The notes beneath the pieces were generated by a model. That model searched no databases and was not told the origin of the DNA. It saw nothing but the letters and a program-made list of their open reading frames with translations. Both the position numbers and the translations under genes were made by a program. A DNA stretch of 64,000 nucleotides from an uncultured Enterobacterales bacterium (lineage in GTDB: Bacteria; Myxococcota_A; UBA796; UBA2385): the NCBI GenBank assembly GCA_964464515.1, contig CAYXGP010000002.1, positions 3,130-67,129 of the forward strand, given 5' to 3'. Shown here piece by piece: positions 1-9,387 of the stretch (positions are counted from its first letter, which is position 1; each line of letters starts with the position of its first letter).

Positions 1-1237
1 GCTCGCCGTCGATCTCCTCGATGATCGAGTCAGCGTCAGCGTCGATCCCGTCGTCGTGCCACAGGCTGATCGAGGAGGAGGACGCCCCGCTTGTGTTGGC
101 CACCACGATCGACCGGCGCAGGTGCGCTGTGTTGGGATCGCCCATGTAGGTGCCCATGTAGAGACCGGCGCCGATGTCGCCGGCGTTGTTGCCGACGATC
201 GTGGTGTAGACCAGCACCGGGAACGACGAGCCGTCCCCCACGACGGCCGCTCCGCGCTCCGCGCTGTTGCCGACGAAGAGTGCGTTCACCAGCACCGGGT
301 TGCAGCCGGCGTCGTTGTAGAGCGCCCCGCCCTTCGACGACGTGGTGTTGCCCTCGAAGGTGACGTCGAAGAAGGAAGGGCTGGTGGAGAAGTCGTTGTT
401 GATCGCACCGCCGCGCGCGAACGCCTCGTTGCCCGAGAACGTGACGTTCTCAAAGGTAGCGGCCTCGCCAGCATTCTCCGGTCGCGCCGGGAAGGTGGTG
501 GCCACCATGTTGTAGACCGCGCCGCCCTTGCTCGCGGTGTTCCCCTCGAAGGTTGTGTTGCGCACGGTGGGCGCGGCCTGGATGTTGATCATCCCCGCGC
601 CGGCCACCGACATGTAGCCGTCGAGCACCCGCAGCAGCTCCTCGTCCTCCATCCCCGCCTCGATCTCGAGGATGTCCTCGGCGGCGCCCACCATCTCCTC
701 TCCCGCGCCGGGCTGCGCGTAGCCGTCGGAGATCACGAAGCCGTCGATCACCGCACTGGTGGCCCCGGTGACCACGTGGTAGCTGTTGTCCTCCAGGCTG
801 CCGGCGTCGCCGATCTCACCGGACAGGATGGTGGGGTTCGCCGCCCAGTCCCGCTGATCGCTGGCAGTCTCGGTGCCCGCGAAGCCGCCGAGCAGCGTGA
901 GCCCGTCGTGCAGCGCGAACGTGTCCCAGCGATCGCTGCCGGGCGTGTAGGTGCCGGCCGCCACCCAGATCTCCCCGCCGGATGCCGCCTGCGCGAGCGC
1001 GTCGGTCAGGCTGATCATGGCGTCCTGCCAGCTCGCGCCGTCTCCCGCGCCGGTGGCGTCGGCGCGGACGTACACCACGCCGCCGGTCGGAGGGGGCGAG
1101 CCGGTGGTGGTCGTGCTGGTCGCGTAGGAGGACGTGACCGTGGTCGTGGTGCCCGCTGCTGTGCCGGTGTCTTCGCCGCCGTTGCAGGCCGGCAGCAGGC
1201 CCGCCGAGAGGAGGAGGATCGAGCGGGGGGTGGACAT
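1..1237 (-). CDS. Lipoprotein with right-handed parallel beta-helix repeats (pectin-lyase-fold / Pmp-like). The C-terminus lies beyond the window start.
   Basis: Not in the ORF track because it has no stop in the window. My minus-strand translation from ATG 1237..1235 stays open to position 2. It reads MSTPRSILLLSAGLLPAC (lipobox), a Thr-rich linker, then repeated F(E/S)GN.A...GGA(V/I/L)YN turns. Third codon positions are strongly G/C. Confidence 0.75.
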   Translation of the reverse strand, partial: MSTPRSILLLSAGLLPACNGGEDTGTAAGTTTTVTSSYATSTTTTGSPPPTGGVVYVRADATGAGDGASWQDAMISLTDALAQAASGGEIWVAAGTYTPGSDRWDTFALHDGLTLLGGFAGTETASDQRDWAANPTILSGEIGDAGSLEDNSYHVVTGATSAVIDGFVISDGYAQPGAGEEMVGAAEDILEIEAGMEDEELLRVLDGYMSVAGAGMINIQAAPTVRNTTFEGNTASKGGAVYNMVATTFPARPENAGEAATFENVTFSGNEAFARGGAINNDFSTSPSFFDVTFEGNTTSSKGGALYNDAGCNPVLVNALFVGNSAERGAAVVGDGSSFPVLVYTTIVGNNAGDIGAGLYMGTYMGDPNTAHLRRSIVVANTSGASSSSISLWHDDGIDADADSIIEEIDGE

Positions 1238-1308
1238 CACACTCTCCAGGCGAGCCCCGAAGGTAAGCACGTACGCGTCGCCCCTCGGCCCACGAGCCCT
1301 GTCCCGGA

Positions 1309-2844
1309 TCAGCCTGATGAGCCCTCGGCCAGCTCCCCCGCCGCCAGCCACGTCAGCGACATGGTGGGCAGCATGGTGTGCGTGGAGGAGGTCGTCGGGA
1401 AGATCGACGCGTCCATGACGTGCAGGTTGCTCACGCCGTGCACGCGCAGGCTGGGATCGACCACCGACGTGGCCGGGTCGGACCCCATCCGGCACGTGCC
1501 CTGGGGGTGCGCGGAGATCAGCGGGGAACGGGCCGCGATCACCTCGGCGCGATCCAGGGCGGCCAGCCCGGCCTCGTCGCGGATCGGACCCAGCTCGGGG
1601 AAGGGCAGGAGCGCGCTGTCGGCGCCAGCGGCCAGATAGACCCGCGCGGCGTCGCGGGCGGCCTGTATCAGCCGCGCGCGCACGTCGGCGGTCAGCGTGT
1701 AGTCGATGACCGGGCGATCATCGCCGTCGATCGAGACGCTCCCGGCGGGGCGATCAGGCACCAGACACAGGCAGGCCGTCAGGTGCCGATAGCGCGTCAT
1801 CACCGCGTGGATCTGCTCGCCCATGCCCATCACGCTGGCGGCCGCCATGCCGGGCATCGCCGAGACCGACTCGATGCGGTACCCGCCGAGCCCCCCCGCG
1901 GCGGTGCGGGTCTCCTCGCTGTCGAGGAAGGTGGCCTGCGGGATCTGCCGGTGGAAGACGACCTCGTCGGGGAAGGTGGCGGCCACCGGGATCTGCGGCT
2001 GGAGTGACAGGTTGCGGCCCACGACCGGTCCGCCCAGCCCCGACCGCTGCAGGATCAGCGGGCTGTGGATGGCGCCGGCGCTGAGCACGAAGCGCTCCGC
2101 CTCCACCCGGAACGGGGCCCGCGCGATCCCGGTGGTGATGTCGATCAGCTCTCCGACCGCCGCGACCACGCGCCCGCGGTCGCTCTCCAGCGCGCGTACG
2201 CGGGCCTCGGTCTGCACGACCACCCGCCCGGTGGCCAGGGCGCGAGGGATCCAGGTCAGGGCCACCGAGCGCTTGGCGTCGTAGGCGCAGCCGATCAGGC
2301 AGTAGCCGGCCCCCACGCAGCCCACGCGGTTGGTGACGAACACCCCGCCAGACAGCCCGATCTTCGCGCCGCCCTCCAGCAGGATGCGGTTGTTGCGGTT
2401 GATGAGCCCGGCCGGCACCGGCTGCGCGCCGATGGCCTGCATGCACGCGCGATCCGCCGTCCGCACGTCGGCCAGCGTGTACCGCGAGACGCCGAAGTGC
2501 TCTCGCCAGTGGTCCAGCACCGGCGCGGGGATCTCCACCACGTCGGCGGCGTTGATGACAGTGCTGCCGCCGAGCGCGCGCCCCTGCAGCACCGAGACGC
2601 CGCCGTCGGTGGTCATCTGGTTGCCGCCGTCGCGGTAGAGCAGCGGGTACATCTGCTCCTCCCGCTGCGTCATCTGCGCGCCGGGCACGTGCGGGCCCTC
2701 TTCGAGCAGGACCACCTCTCGCCCCGCCTCCGCGAGGATCGCCGCGGCCACGCCGCCGCCCGAGCCGGAGCCGATCACGCAGACCTGCGTGCGCAGGGTG
2801 AACCCGTCGGGAGCGTCGTCGCCAGTGCGAACGGTCAGACCCAT
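1309..2844 (-). CDS. GMC-family FAD-dependent oxidoreductase
   Basis: FAD Rossmann motif [11 protein letters not shown] near the N-terminus. C-terminal GMC motifs [10 protein letters not shown] and DASIFP. Start moved to ATG 2844 (MGLTV), a 10-nt overlap with the upstream gene's stop. Confidence 0.9.
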   Translation of the reverse strand: MGLTVRTGDDAPDGFTLRTQVCVIGSGSGGGVAAAILAEAGREVVLLEEGPHVPGAQMTQREEQMYPLLYRDGGNQMTTDGGVSVLQGRALGGSTVINAADVVEIPAPVLDHWREHFGVSRYTLADVRTADRACMQAIGAQPVPAGLINRNNRILLEGGAKIGLSGGVFVTNRVGCVGAGYCLIGCAYDAKRSVALTWIPRALATGRVVVQTEARVRALESDRGRVVAAVGELIDITTGIARAPFRVEAERFVLSAGAIHSPLILQRSGLGGPVVGRNLSLQPQIPVAATFPDEVVFHRQIPQATFLDSEETRTAAGGLGGYRIESVSAMPGMAAASVMGMGEQIHAVMTRYRHLTACLCLVPDRPAGSVSIDGDDRPVIDYTLTADVRARLIQAARDAARVYLAAGADSALLPFPELGPIRDEAGLAALDRAEVIAARSPLISAHPQGTCRMGSDPATSVVDPSLRVHGVSNLHVMDASIFPTTSSTHTMLPTMSLTWLAAGELAEGSSG

Positions 2845-3311
2845 GGTCCCTCGTACCCGATGGCCGCCCACGACGCGGGGTTGGTGTAGTGCGAGAACAC
2901 CACCACCTTGCGAACCGCGGCGAAGATCTGGCGGCGCCAGCCCAGCGGGGAGTCACGCCAACGCTCCAGCACGGCGCGGCGATCCTGGACGGAGCGACGG
3001 GAGAACCGCGACAGCGGCCCCGACAGGTGCTCCAGCGCGCAGAGCGCCAGCCAGAGCTGGTTCCCGGTGATCGGATCGCTGCCCGCGAGGAAGCCGTCCA
3101 CCCCCTCGGCCAGCCCACGCGGATCGCCGCCGGGGGGCAGGATCGCCTCCGCCGCAGACTCCAGCGTGATCAGCGCCGCGCCCAGCCACGCGCTGGGGCG
3201 CTCCGGCAGCGGCCGGTGCCCGAACAACACCACCGACGCGGTCGCGCCGATCGCGAGTGCGGTGCTCCCCGCGAGGAGCTGGCGGCGGGAGGGCCGGGGC
3301 ATGTCGATCAT
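2835..3311 (-). CDS. Tat-signal small subunit, gluconate 2-dehydrogenase subunit 3-like, partner of the GMC oxidoreductase
   Basis: Twin-arginine motif SRRQLLAG followed by a hydrophobic region. Its size and overlapping position directly upstream of a GMC enzyme fit the known two-subunit arrangement. Confidence 0.7.
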   Translation of the reverse strand: MIDMPRPSRRQLLAGSTALAIGATASVVLFGHRPLPERPSAWLGAALITLESAAEAILPPGGDPRGLAEGVDGFLAGSDPITGNQLWLALCALEHLSGPLSRFSRRSVQDRRAVLERWRDSPLGWRRQIFAAVRKVVVFSHYTNPASWAAIGYEGPWV

Positions 3312-3340
3312 GGTACCGGGCTCAGGTCGCCGAGGAACCC

Positions 3341-4657
3341 ATGAAGATCACCCGCATCGATCTGTGGCACGTCACGGTGCCCCTGCCGGCCCCCTTCCAC
3401 CCCTCGTGGATCCCGGGCTTCCGCCAGACCGAGAACCGCTTCGACCTGATCCGCCTGGCGACGGCCGACGGCATCGAGGGCTACAGCGCCGCCCCGTGCA
3501 TGGGCAGCGAGCGGGACGGGCTCGGCGCCCTGCTGGGGCCCTACCTGCTGGGCGAGCGCGCCGACGACATCCCGTCGATCCGGCAGCGTATCCGCGAGAT
3601 GGGCTACCTCGGGCTGCGCATCGGATGGATCGAGGCCGCCTGCTGGGACATCATCGGCAAGGCCGCCGGCAAGCCCGTCTACCAGCTCCTGGGCGGCGCG
3701 CCGGGGCGCGTGGGGCTGTACGCCTCGACCGGCGAGGTCCGCACCGGCGCAGAGCGCGCGACCGAGGTCGCCGCGCGCGCCGAGGAGGGCTTCAAGGCGA
3801 TCAAGCTGCGGGTGCATGCACAGACACTGGAAGAAGACGTCGCGCAGATTCAGCAGACCCGCGACGCGGTGGGCGACGGGCCGATCCTTGGGGTCGACGC
3901 CAACCAGGGGTGGCGCGTGGCGGTGATCGCCGACGCCCCGCGCTGGGACTACGACCGCGCGCTGGCGTTCTGTCGCGCCGCCGAGGCGGCGAAGCTGAAG
4001 TGGGTCGAGGAGCCGCTGGCCATGGACGCCTACGACGATCTGGCGCGCCTCCGGGCCGCCACGACCGTCGACATCACCGGAGGCGAGCTCAACAACCAGG
4101 GCCAGCCCGAGTTCGGCGTGATGCTGAAGCGGGGCTGCTACGACGCCTACCAGCCGGACGCGGTCTTCACCGGGGGCGTCGCCGAGACGTGGGAGATCAT
4201 CTCGCAGATCACCGCAGCCGGCGCGCGCTACAGCCCACACACCTGGACCAACGGCATCGGCTTCGCGATCAACCTGGCGCTGTTCGGCGCGTCGTCGTTC
4301 CGCGACCAGACCCTGCTGGAGTACCCCTACGATCCCCCGGGCTGGGTGCCCGAAGGACGAGACGGCCTGCTGGTCAAGCCGTGGCTGCACGAGCGGGGAG
4401 AGCTGGCGCTGCCGGAGAAGCCCGGGTTGGGGTTCGAGATCGACGGTCGCGCGCTGCGTCGATACGGGCGTCGGTTCTTCACGGGGACGAAGGTTCGGGT
4501 GTCGCTGAGCGCGGTTCGGCAGCGGGGGCTGCGGGAGGCGAAGCACCTGGGCGCTGTGCGCGACGCGCGGTTGGCGGATCGGCACCGGGAGTTGGAGGAG
4601 ATGTTTGCGGGGGGGGCGGATCCGGTGGGGTTGGCGCTGGAAGGTGTGAAGGACTGA
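3341..4657 (+). CDS. Enolase-superfamily enzyme (mandelate racemase / muconate lactonizing enzyme family)
   Basis: MKITRIDLWHV N-terminal capping domain. Barrel motifs FKAIKLRV, GVDANQGW, VEEP, TGGE. Start set to ATG 3341, because the 5' part of ORF 3257 overlaps the divergent gene. Confidence 0.85.
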   Translation: MKITRIDLWHVTVPLPAPFHPSWIPGFRQTENRFDLIRLATADGIEGYSAAPCMGSERDGLGALLGPYLLGERADDIPSIRQRIREMGYLGLRIGWIEAACWDIIGKAAGKPVYQLLGGAPGRVGLYASTGEVRTGAERATEVAARAEEGFKAIKLRVHAQTLEEDVAQIQQTRDAVGDGPILGVDANQGWRVAVIADAPRWDYDRALAFCRAAEAAKLKWVEEPLAMDAYDDLARLRAATTVDITGGELNNQGQPEFGVMLKRGCYDAYQPDAVFTGGVAETWEIISQITAAGARYSPHTWTNGIGFAINLALFGASSFRDQTLLEYPYDPPGWVPEGRDGLLVKPWLHERGELALPEKPGLGFEIDGRALRRYGRRFFTGTKVRVSLSAVRQRGLREAKHLGAVRDARLADRHRELEEMFAGGADPVGLALEGVKD

Positions 4658-4722
4658 TCGCGTCACGGTCGTCGAGATCGGGGAGGGGGATGTGTCGGGT
4701 GGAGGTGCGAGGCTGACCGCGC

Positions 4723-5811
4723 CTACCCCGGAGCGCCGTCCACCCGCGGCCGCACCAACATCGGCGCATACACCCACAGAAAAATCCCCATCGCGATCGT
4801 CCACAGCGTGCCAGAAGCATGTAGCGCCCCCACGCTGCCCGGCGCAACCACCCGGACCACCCCCGCCAGCACCATGCACCCGTAGCTGACCGCCATCGGG
4901 GCCGGCGCGATCAGGGTCCGGCCCGTGTGCCCCAGCGCGACCCGAGACATCATGCCCAACGTATAGGTGCCCAACACTCCAACCGTGACGGCATGCAGCG
5001 CCGCCGACAGCGACAACACATCCGGCCGCAGCGCAGCAAGCGACCACAGCCCCAACGCGACCGCCACCCAGGCGTAGCCCGCATGCAGCACCCACAAAAT
5101 GGGAGACGAAAAAACCTGCGTGGTGTGCCAGCCGCGCATGCGCAGGGCGTTGAGCAGCGCGCCCACGCCCGCCACCGCCGCCGTCGGCCACGCCAATTCG
5201 GGGAACGCGGCCAGCGGCACCAGTATCAGCGCGCAGCCGATAGCGGCGTCGTCCAGGCGCGACCGGGGCCGCACCGTCGCCTTGAGCGCGTTGCGGGTGA
5301 ACAGCGGCGTGATGCGACCGCCGAAGATCACCACCACCGACAGCGCCGCGAACACCGCGACCCGAAGACCGACGACCGCGTGGGCCGGCGAGAGGTGTCC
5401 GGCGGCGTCGCCGATAGCCATGATCAGCACGAGCAGCGGGAACCACGCGTTGCGCACCGAGCGGGCTCGGAAGATCGGCCGGCCGATGACAGCGGCCAGG
5501 ACCAACAGAAAAATCACGTCCAGCGCCACCGCGGGCCCTACAAACATCACCCGCGCAACCCGCCCGGCCATCCAGAGCCCGGCCAACCCGGCCAGCGCCG
5601 CTCCGGTCAACGGCGGGCTCTTCGTCCACTTCGGCACCGCGGTGAGGAAGAAGCCCCCGAGCACCGCGCCGACGAAGCCGAACAGCATCTCGTGGGCATG
5701 CCACAGCATGTCGATGCCGGGCAGCGCGTGGCCAGACAGCGCCGCCAGCCACACCGGCACCAGCAGGACCGCGCAGACGCCAGCCAGCAGGAAGAAGACC
5801 CGAAAGCCCAT
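4723..5811 (-). CDS. nnrS: NnrS-family heme/copper membrane protein
   Basis: Polytopic membrane protein with GFRVFFLLAG and HAHEMLFGF motifs typical of NnrS. Start is ATG 5811 (GTG 5823 possible). The longer ORF to 6087 has poor codon usage and overlaps the caspase gene. Confidence 0.8.
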   Translation of the reverse strand: MGFRVFFLLAGVCAVLLVPVWLAALSGHALPGIDMLWHAHEMLFGFVGAVLGGFFLTAVPKWTKSPPLTGAALAGLAGLWMAGRVARVMFVGPAVALDVIFLLVLAAVIGRPIFRARSVRNAWFPLLVLIMAIGDAAGHLSPAHAVVGLRVAVFAALSVVVIFGGRITPLFTRNALKATVRPRSRLDDAAIGCALILVPLAAFPELAWPTAAVAGVGALLNALRMRGWHTTQVFSSPILWVLHAGYAWVAVALGLWSLAALRPDVLSLSAALHAVTVGVLGTYTLGMMSRVALGHTGRTLIAPAPMAVSYGCMVLAGVVRVVAPGSVGALHASGTLWTIAMGIFLWVYAPMLVRPRVDGAPG

Positions 5812-5825
5812 CGCGAAGATCACAG

Positions 5826-5937
5826 TCTCTCCAGCAACAGTATCTCCAGCAACAGCAGTGTCTCCAGCAACAGTGTCTCCAGCAACAGCAGTGTCTCCAG
5901 CAACAGGGTCTCCAGCAACAGGGTCTCCAACAGCAGC
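5826..5937. repeat. Tandem array of 7 units of 15 or 18 nt with core TCTCCAGCAACAG (minus strand CTGTTGCTGGAGA)
   Basis: Read directly from the sequence. The units are spaced 15,18,15,18,15,15 nt. The array lies between the caspase stop (5946-5948) and the nnrS start (5811). Confidence 0.95.
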
Positions 5938-5945
5938 GGGGGGCC

Positions 5946-7478
5946 TCAGAGGGCGAGCCCGACGGAGAGCGTGACGTCCAACATGGCGGTGCCGTGGAGC
6001 TGTCCACCATCGGCGTACCAGACCCACCCGCTGGCGGCACCCAGCCGCGCCGAGGGACGCGCGATGAACCTGCGCGCCGGCAGCCACTCCAGGGCGAGCG
6101 AGGGCACCGGCGTCAGGCTCATCGCAACCAGCTCCGGATCGTCGGGTGTCAGCAGCAGGAAGCCGGCCAGCCCCAGGCCGGCGCGGGCCTGGAGACTCCC
6201 CGGGTTGAGCGCGCGCTCCAGGCCGAGCCCCGCGCTTCCAGTCGGCCGCGGCCAGCGCACAGTGGCCACGCCCCAGCCGGTGATCTCCCAGGGGGGCCGC
6301 AGCGGCCGGGCGATCCTTCCAGCCACGGCGATCCCACCCAGCCGCTCATCGCCGAAGGACCACCCGCCGAGTCCGCCGGAAACCCGCACGCGATCGCGCC
6401 GCACCAGCGACTCCAGCCCCACCCGCGAGGCGTCATCCTCCAGCTTCAGGCGCCGCCGGGCGACCACCGTCCCGGTGTGGGGGGCGACCAGCTCGACCCG
6501 GTGGGTGCCCGGACCCAGCACGATCTGGCCGGGCAGCTCCCCCTTGGTCTCCCCGTCGATCCGCACGCCGTAGCCGTGGAGTCCGGCGCTGTACGAGACG
6601 ACGCTGGGCAGGGGCGCGCGGCGCGGCGTGCCGGAGAGCACGATCGGATCGCCCCCCAGCATCTCGGCGCGCAGGTACGGCCGCTGCGCGCCGTCGGTGA
6701 ACGCAAACGTGCGCCCGCGGGCGTAGCCGTGGGCCTCTGTGGCGGTGACCGCGCCGTCTCCGTCGGCGTCGCCCTTCTCCAGCGCCTCCAGGAAGAACCC
6801 GGTGTAGATGTCGTGGCCCAGCGCCTCCGACTCCCGCGCCACCTCGTCCATCGCGCAGACCCCGATCACCATCACCGCCTCGGAGACGCGCAGCAGGTCG
6901 TCCAGATCCGGACCCTTGCGACTCGCCAGCTCCTGGCGAACCGCCGGCGCCCACGCGCTCTTGCCGCGCCCCGAGTGGCAGGTGGCGAGCAGCGCCAGCC
7001 GCCGCCGGGACGGCAGCCCCTCCAGCCACGCCCACAGCTCAGCGTGAGAGAGCGCGGTGCCCGGGATGTCCGCCATGCGGGTGTCCGAGAGCACGAGGTA
7101 CTGCTCCAGATCTCCCGAGGCGTCAGGGGACAGCGTGCCGTGGGTGGAGAAGTAGACGAAGACCATGTCGTCGGGGCTGCGCGCGACCGCCGTGATCTCC
7201 TCCAGGGCGGCGCGCACCGCGGGCCGCGTGGTCTCGTGGGGCTGCGTCAGGACGATCACCCGGTCGAAGTCCCCCACCGCGGGGTCGTCCAGCAGGCTCC
7301 CCAGCGCGCGGGCGTCGTCGTCGGTGTACCGCAGCGGCGCGAAGTCGGCCGAGAAGCCAGCCGGCCCCACCAGCAGCGCGATCCGGCGGCCGACGAACGG
7401 CGCACCCTGCACCCCCGCGGCCGGCAACCGGAGGGGACCCGCGAGCGCCGTCAGCACCAGCCAGAGCGCGATGATCAC
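5946..7478 (-). CDS. Secreted caspase-family (peptidase C14) protein with an EF-hand-like DxDxDG loop, a PEGA domain and a beta-rich C-terminal region
   Basis: Signal peptide MIIALWLVLTALAG. Catalytic dyad context YFSTHG and LLATCHSG. DADGDGAVTATEA loop. PEGA-like GYGVRIDGETKGELPGQIVLGPGTHRVELV. GTGA overlap with the upstream anti-sigma gene. Confidence 0.85.
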   Translation of the reverse strand: MIIALWLVLTALAGPLRLPAAGVQGAPFVGRRIALLVGPAGFSADFAPLRYTDDDARALGSLLDDPAVGDFDRVIVLTQPHETTRPAVRAALEEITAVARSPDDMVFVYFSTHGTLSPDASGDLEQYLVLSDTRMADIPGTALSHAELWAWLEGLPSRRRLALLATCHSGRGKSAWAPAVRQELASRKGPDLDDLLRVSEAVMVIGVCAMDEVARESEALGHDIYTGFFLEALEKGDADGDGAVTATEAHGYARGRTFAFTDGAQRPYLRAEMLGGDPIVLSGTPRRAPLPSVVSYSAGLHGYGVRIDGETKGELPGQIVLGPGTHRVELVAPHTGTVVARRRLKLEDDASRVGLESLVRRDRVRVSGGLGGWSFGDERLGGIAVAGRIARPLRPPWEITGWGVATVRWPRPTGSAGLGLERALNPGSLQARAGLGLAGFLLLTPDDPELVAMSLTPVPSLALEWLPARRFIARPSARLGAASGWVWYADGGQLHGTAMLDVTLSVGLAL

Positions 7479-8269
7479 GGGTCCACCACGATCTCCAGGG
7501 CCGCGTGACCCACCCCCTCCAGCGGAGATCCGCGCTGCCAGGCCGCGATGACCGCCGCTGGATCGTGGGCGTCCGTCGCTGCGACGGCGACCAGCGTCAC
7601 GGCGCCGGCCTGATCATCGAGCCCCAGCGCCACCCAGTCGGAGCCCACGGCCACGCGACGCGCCCCGCCCGGCTCGACGACCGCCGCGCCTCCGGGGGGC
7701 GGCGAGAGCTGGGTGACCTGCCCCGCGGCGTCGATCGCGAACAACATCCGGGCCGCCGGCTCAGCGACGTCCAGCGAGAAGATAAGCACCTGCTCCCGAG
7801 AGAGACGCATGCCAGCGTTCACCGGCGTCTCGAACCGACCGCCGACGCCCGCCAGGACGCGCAGCGCCACCGCCGGCGCCGCCGCGACGCCCTTCTCACC
7901 GGTCCAGCCCTCCTCTCCCGGCTCAGGAGACGTCGGCTCCGTGGGAGAGAGGATCGGCATCGCGAACACCAGCACCAGCGCCGCGGCGATCAGCGCCCCG
8001 AACCAGCGACGGCTCTGCAAGACCTTCGTGGGCGGCGGGGCCTGGATCGCCCGCCACATCTCCTGCTGCTCGTCTGCCGACGGCGCCACCGGGCTCGCCG
8101 CCTCGGCCTCGATGAGCCGCAGCAGGATGTCCACTGTGAGCCCCTGGTCCAGCACCCGCTCGCAGTCGGGGCAGCCACCGGAGAGGTGCTCCGCCAGCGC
8201 CCGCAGCTCCGACGGCGGCAACTCGCCCGCGAGCAGGGACTCCAGACGGTCGGCGGTCAGGTGGTCCAC
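7475..8269 (-). CDS. Anti-sigma factor (zf-HC2) with one TM helix and a DUF4384-like periplasmic domain
   Basis: HLSGGCPDCERVL zinc-finger motif. TM helix WFGALIAAALVLVFAMPIL. The C-terminal segment MRLSREQVLIFSLDV..MLFAIDAAGQVTQLSPP resembles DUF4384 by eye. It overlaps the sigma gene by 13 nt. Confidence 0.8.
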   Translation of the reverse strand: MDHLTADRLESLLAGELPPSELRALAEHLSGGCPDCERVLDQGLTVDILLRLIEAEAASPVAPSADEQQEMWRAIQAPPPTKVLQSRRWFGALIAAALVLVFAMPILSPTEPTSPEPGEEGWTGEKGVAAAPAVALRVLAGVGGRFETPVNAGMRLSREQVLIFSLDVAEPAARMLFAIDAAGQVTQLSPPPGGAAVVEPGGARRVAVGSDWVALGLDDQAGAVTLVAVAATDAHDPAAVIAAWQRGSPLEGVGHAALEIVVDP

Positions 8270-8895
8270 GGCGAGCCCTCCAGGGCGTCGATGAGCTGTC
8301 CCAGCTTCCGGCGCTTGAGCCAGCTACGGAATCTGTGCAGGCGGGTGGTGACGGCGGTGCGGCTCAGCCCGAGCTGATCGGCGATCTGCTGCGTGGTGTG
8401 GCCGGGGGTGGAGTAGAACAGGGCGGCGGCCTGGCGCTGACCCGGGTCGGGGCACGCCGCGATGACCTCTGCCACCGCGGTGATCAGATGGGCCTCATCG
8501 CCATCTCTGGTGGTGGGCTCTCGCGCCATGAGGGTCAGCACCTTGCGCTCACGCTGCTGCCCCTCGACCCAGCGCAGGCACGCGCGGCGGGTGATGGTCA
8601 TCAGCCACCCCGAGAAGCGCTCCGGATCGCGCAGATCGTCCAGCGCAGACAGCGCGCGGGCGAAGCTCTCCTGCGTGAGATCCTGCGCTCGGGCGCGGTC
8701 GCCGCGGGCGAAGGCCAGGCAATAGCCGAAGACCGCGTCGACGTGGGTGGTGTACAGAGACTCCTGCGCGGCCGGATCGCCAGCGCGGGCCCTGTGCACC
8801 AGGCGGGGAATGCCGGGATCGATGGCCGGAACCTCTGCGCCGAATCTGCGATGACGGGTAGCGTACCCGCCGCGCAGCCCACGGGATAACCCCAC
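8257..8895 (-). CDS. ECF-type RNA polymerase sigma-70 factor
   Basis: Region 2 (DLTQESFARALSAL, FSGWLMTITRRA) and region 4 HTH (TTQQIADQLGLSRTAVTTRLHRFR). The exact start is uncertain, either GTG 8895 or an internal GTG. Confidence 0.85.
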   Translation of the reverse strand: MGLSRGLRGGYATRHRRFGAEVPAIDPGIPRLVHRARAGDPAAQESLYTTHVDAVFGYCLAFARGDRARAQDLTQESFARALSALDDLRDPERFSGWLMTITRRACLRWVEGQQRERKVLTLMAREPTTRDGDEAHLITAVAEVIAACPDPGQRQAAALFYSTPGHTTQQIADQLGLSRTAVTTRLHRFRSWLKRRKLGQLIDALEGSPWTT

Positions 8896-8916
8896 CCCGG
8901 CTGAGCTGGATCGCGT

Positions 8917-9387
8917 TCACAGCCGCACCGAGCCGCCGAGGCCCAGCTCCGTCCAGCCTGGCTCTCCATTCCAGCGCAGCACGCGATCCGCGCGGGCGGT
9001 GATCGACAGCCCCCACAGCGCCAGCCAGCTCACGCGACCGCCAGCGCGAAGCTGAAGCTCCAGCGGATCGGCTGTCGCCGTCCACGGCTCAACCTGCACG
9101 GGCAGCATCAGCTCGGGATGGGCGACCGCGGAGATCCGCCACCAGCGGGAGTCCAGCAGCTCGAACACCGGACCGGCGCTGGCGCCGAGGGCGAGGCCGG
9201 CGGGCAGGGTGCCGCCTTCGATGCCCAGACTCAGGTGAGGCTTCAGACCGTAGTCCAACGCCACGCGGACAGCCGGATCTCCCTGGGGAGTGAGCGCCGC
9301 GCTTCCTCCGGCGACGAAGCGACCAGGAGCCGCCTGGGCGACTTGAGGGAGCGAGAGGATCGAGAGCAGAAGGAAGAGGGGGGTCAT
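8917..9387 (-). CDS. Small secreted beta-rich protein (possible small outer-membrane barrel)
   Basis: Start ATG 9387 (MTPLFLLLSILSLPQVAQA signal peptide). Alternating hydrophobic pattern throughout. ATGA overlap with the upstream mini-ORF. Confidence 0.55.
   Translation of the reverse strand: MTPLFLLLSILSLPQVAQAAPGRFVAGGSAALTPQGDPAVRVALDYGLKPHLSLGIEGGTLPAGLALGASAGPVFELLDSRWWRISAVAHPELMLPVQVEPWTATADPLELQLRAGGRVSWLALWGLSITARADRVLRWNGEPGWTELGLGGSVRL

Noticed and set aside
56-1639. 527-aa plus-strand ORF (and nested ORFs 91..363, 286..474, 1134..1418)
   Set aside because: The translation is Arg/Gly/Ala/His-rich nonsense. It lies antisense to a convincing beta-helix lipoprotein gene whose frame carries the G/C third-position bias.
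5826-5937. Tandem array as a CRISPR array
   Set aside because: The units are contiguous with no spacers, the period is only 15-18 nt, and there are no cas genes in the window.
5946-5948. Caspase TGA as a selenocysteine codon
   Set aside because: I cannot identify a SECIS-like hairpin immediately downstream, since the region is a linear repeat. No selenoprotein context is evident. It is kept only as generic readthrough versus nonsense alternatives in the findings.
2908-6040. Very long ORFs 2908..4716 (+, 602 aa) and 3308..6040 (-, 910 aa)
   Set aside because: They are shadow ORFs typical of high-GC DNA. Composition is Arg/Pro/Gly-dominated, and they overlap the well-supported enolase-superfamily and NnrS genes in other frames.
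4723-6087. Full-length 454-aa version of the NnrS ORF, including the GDTVAGD repeat as an N-terminal extension
   Set aside because: The extension would overlap the caspase 3' end by about 140 nt. It has A/T-rich third positions in that frame. NnrS homology starts at MGFRVFFLL.
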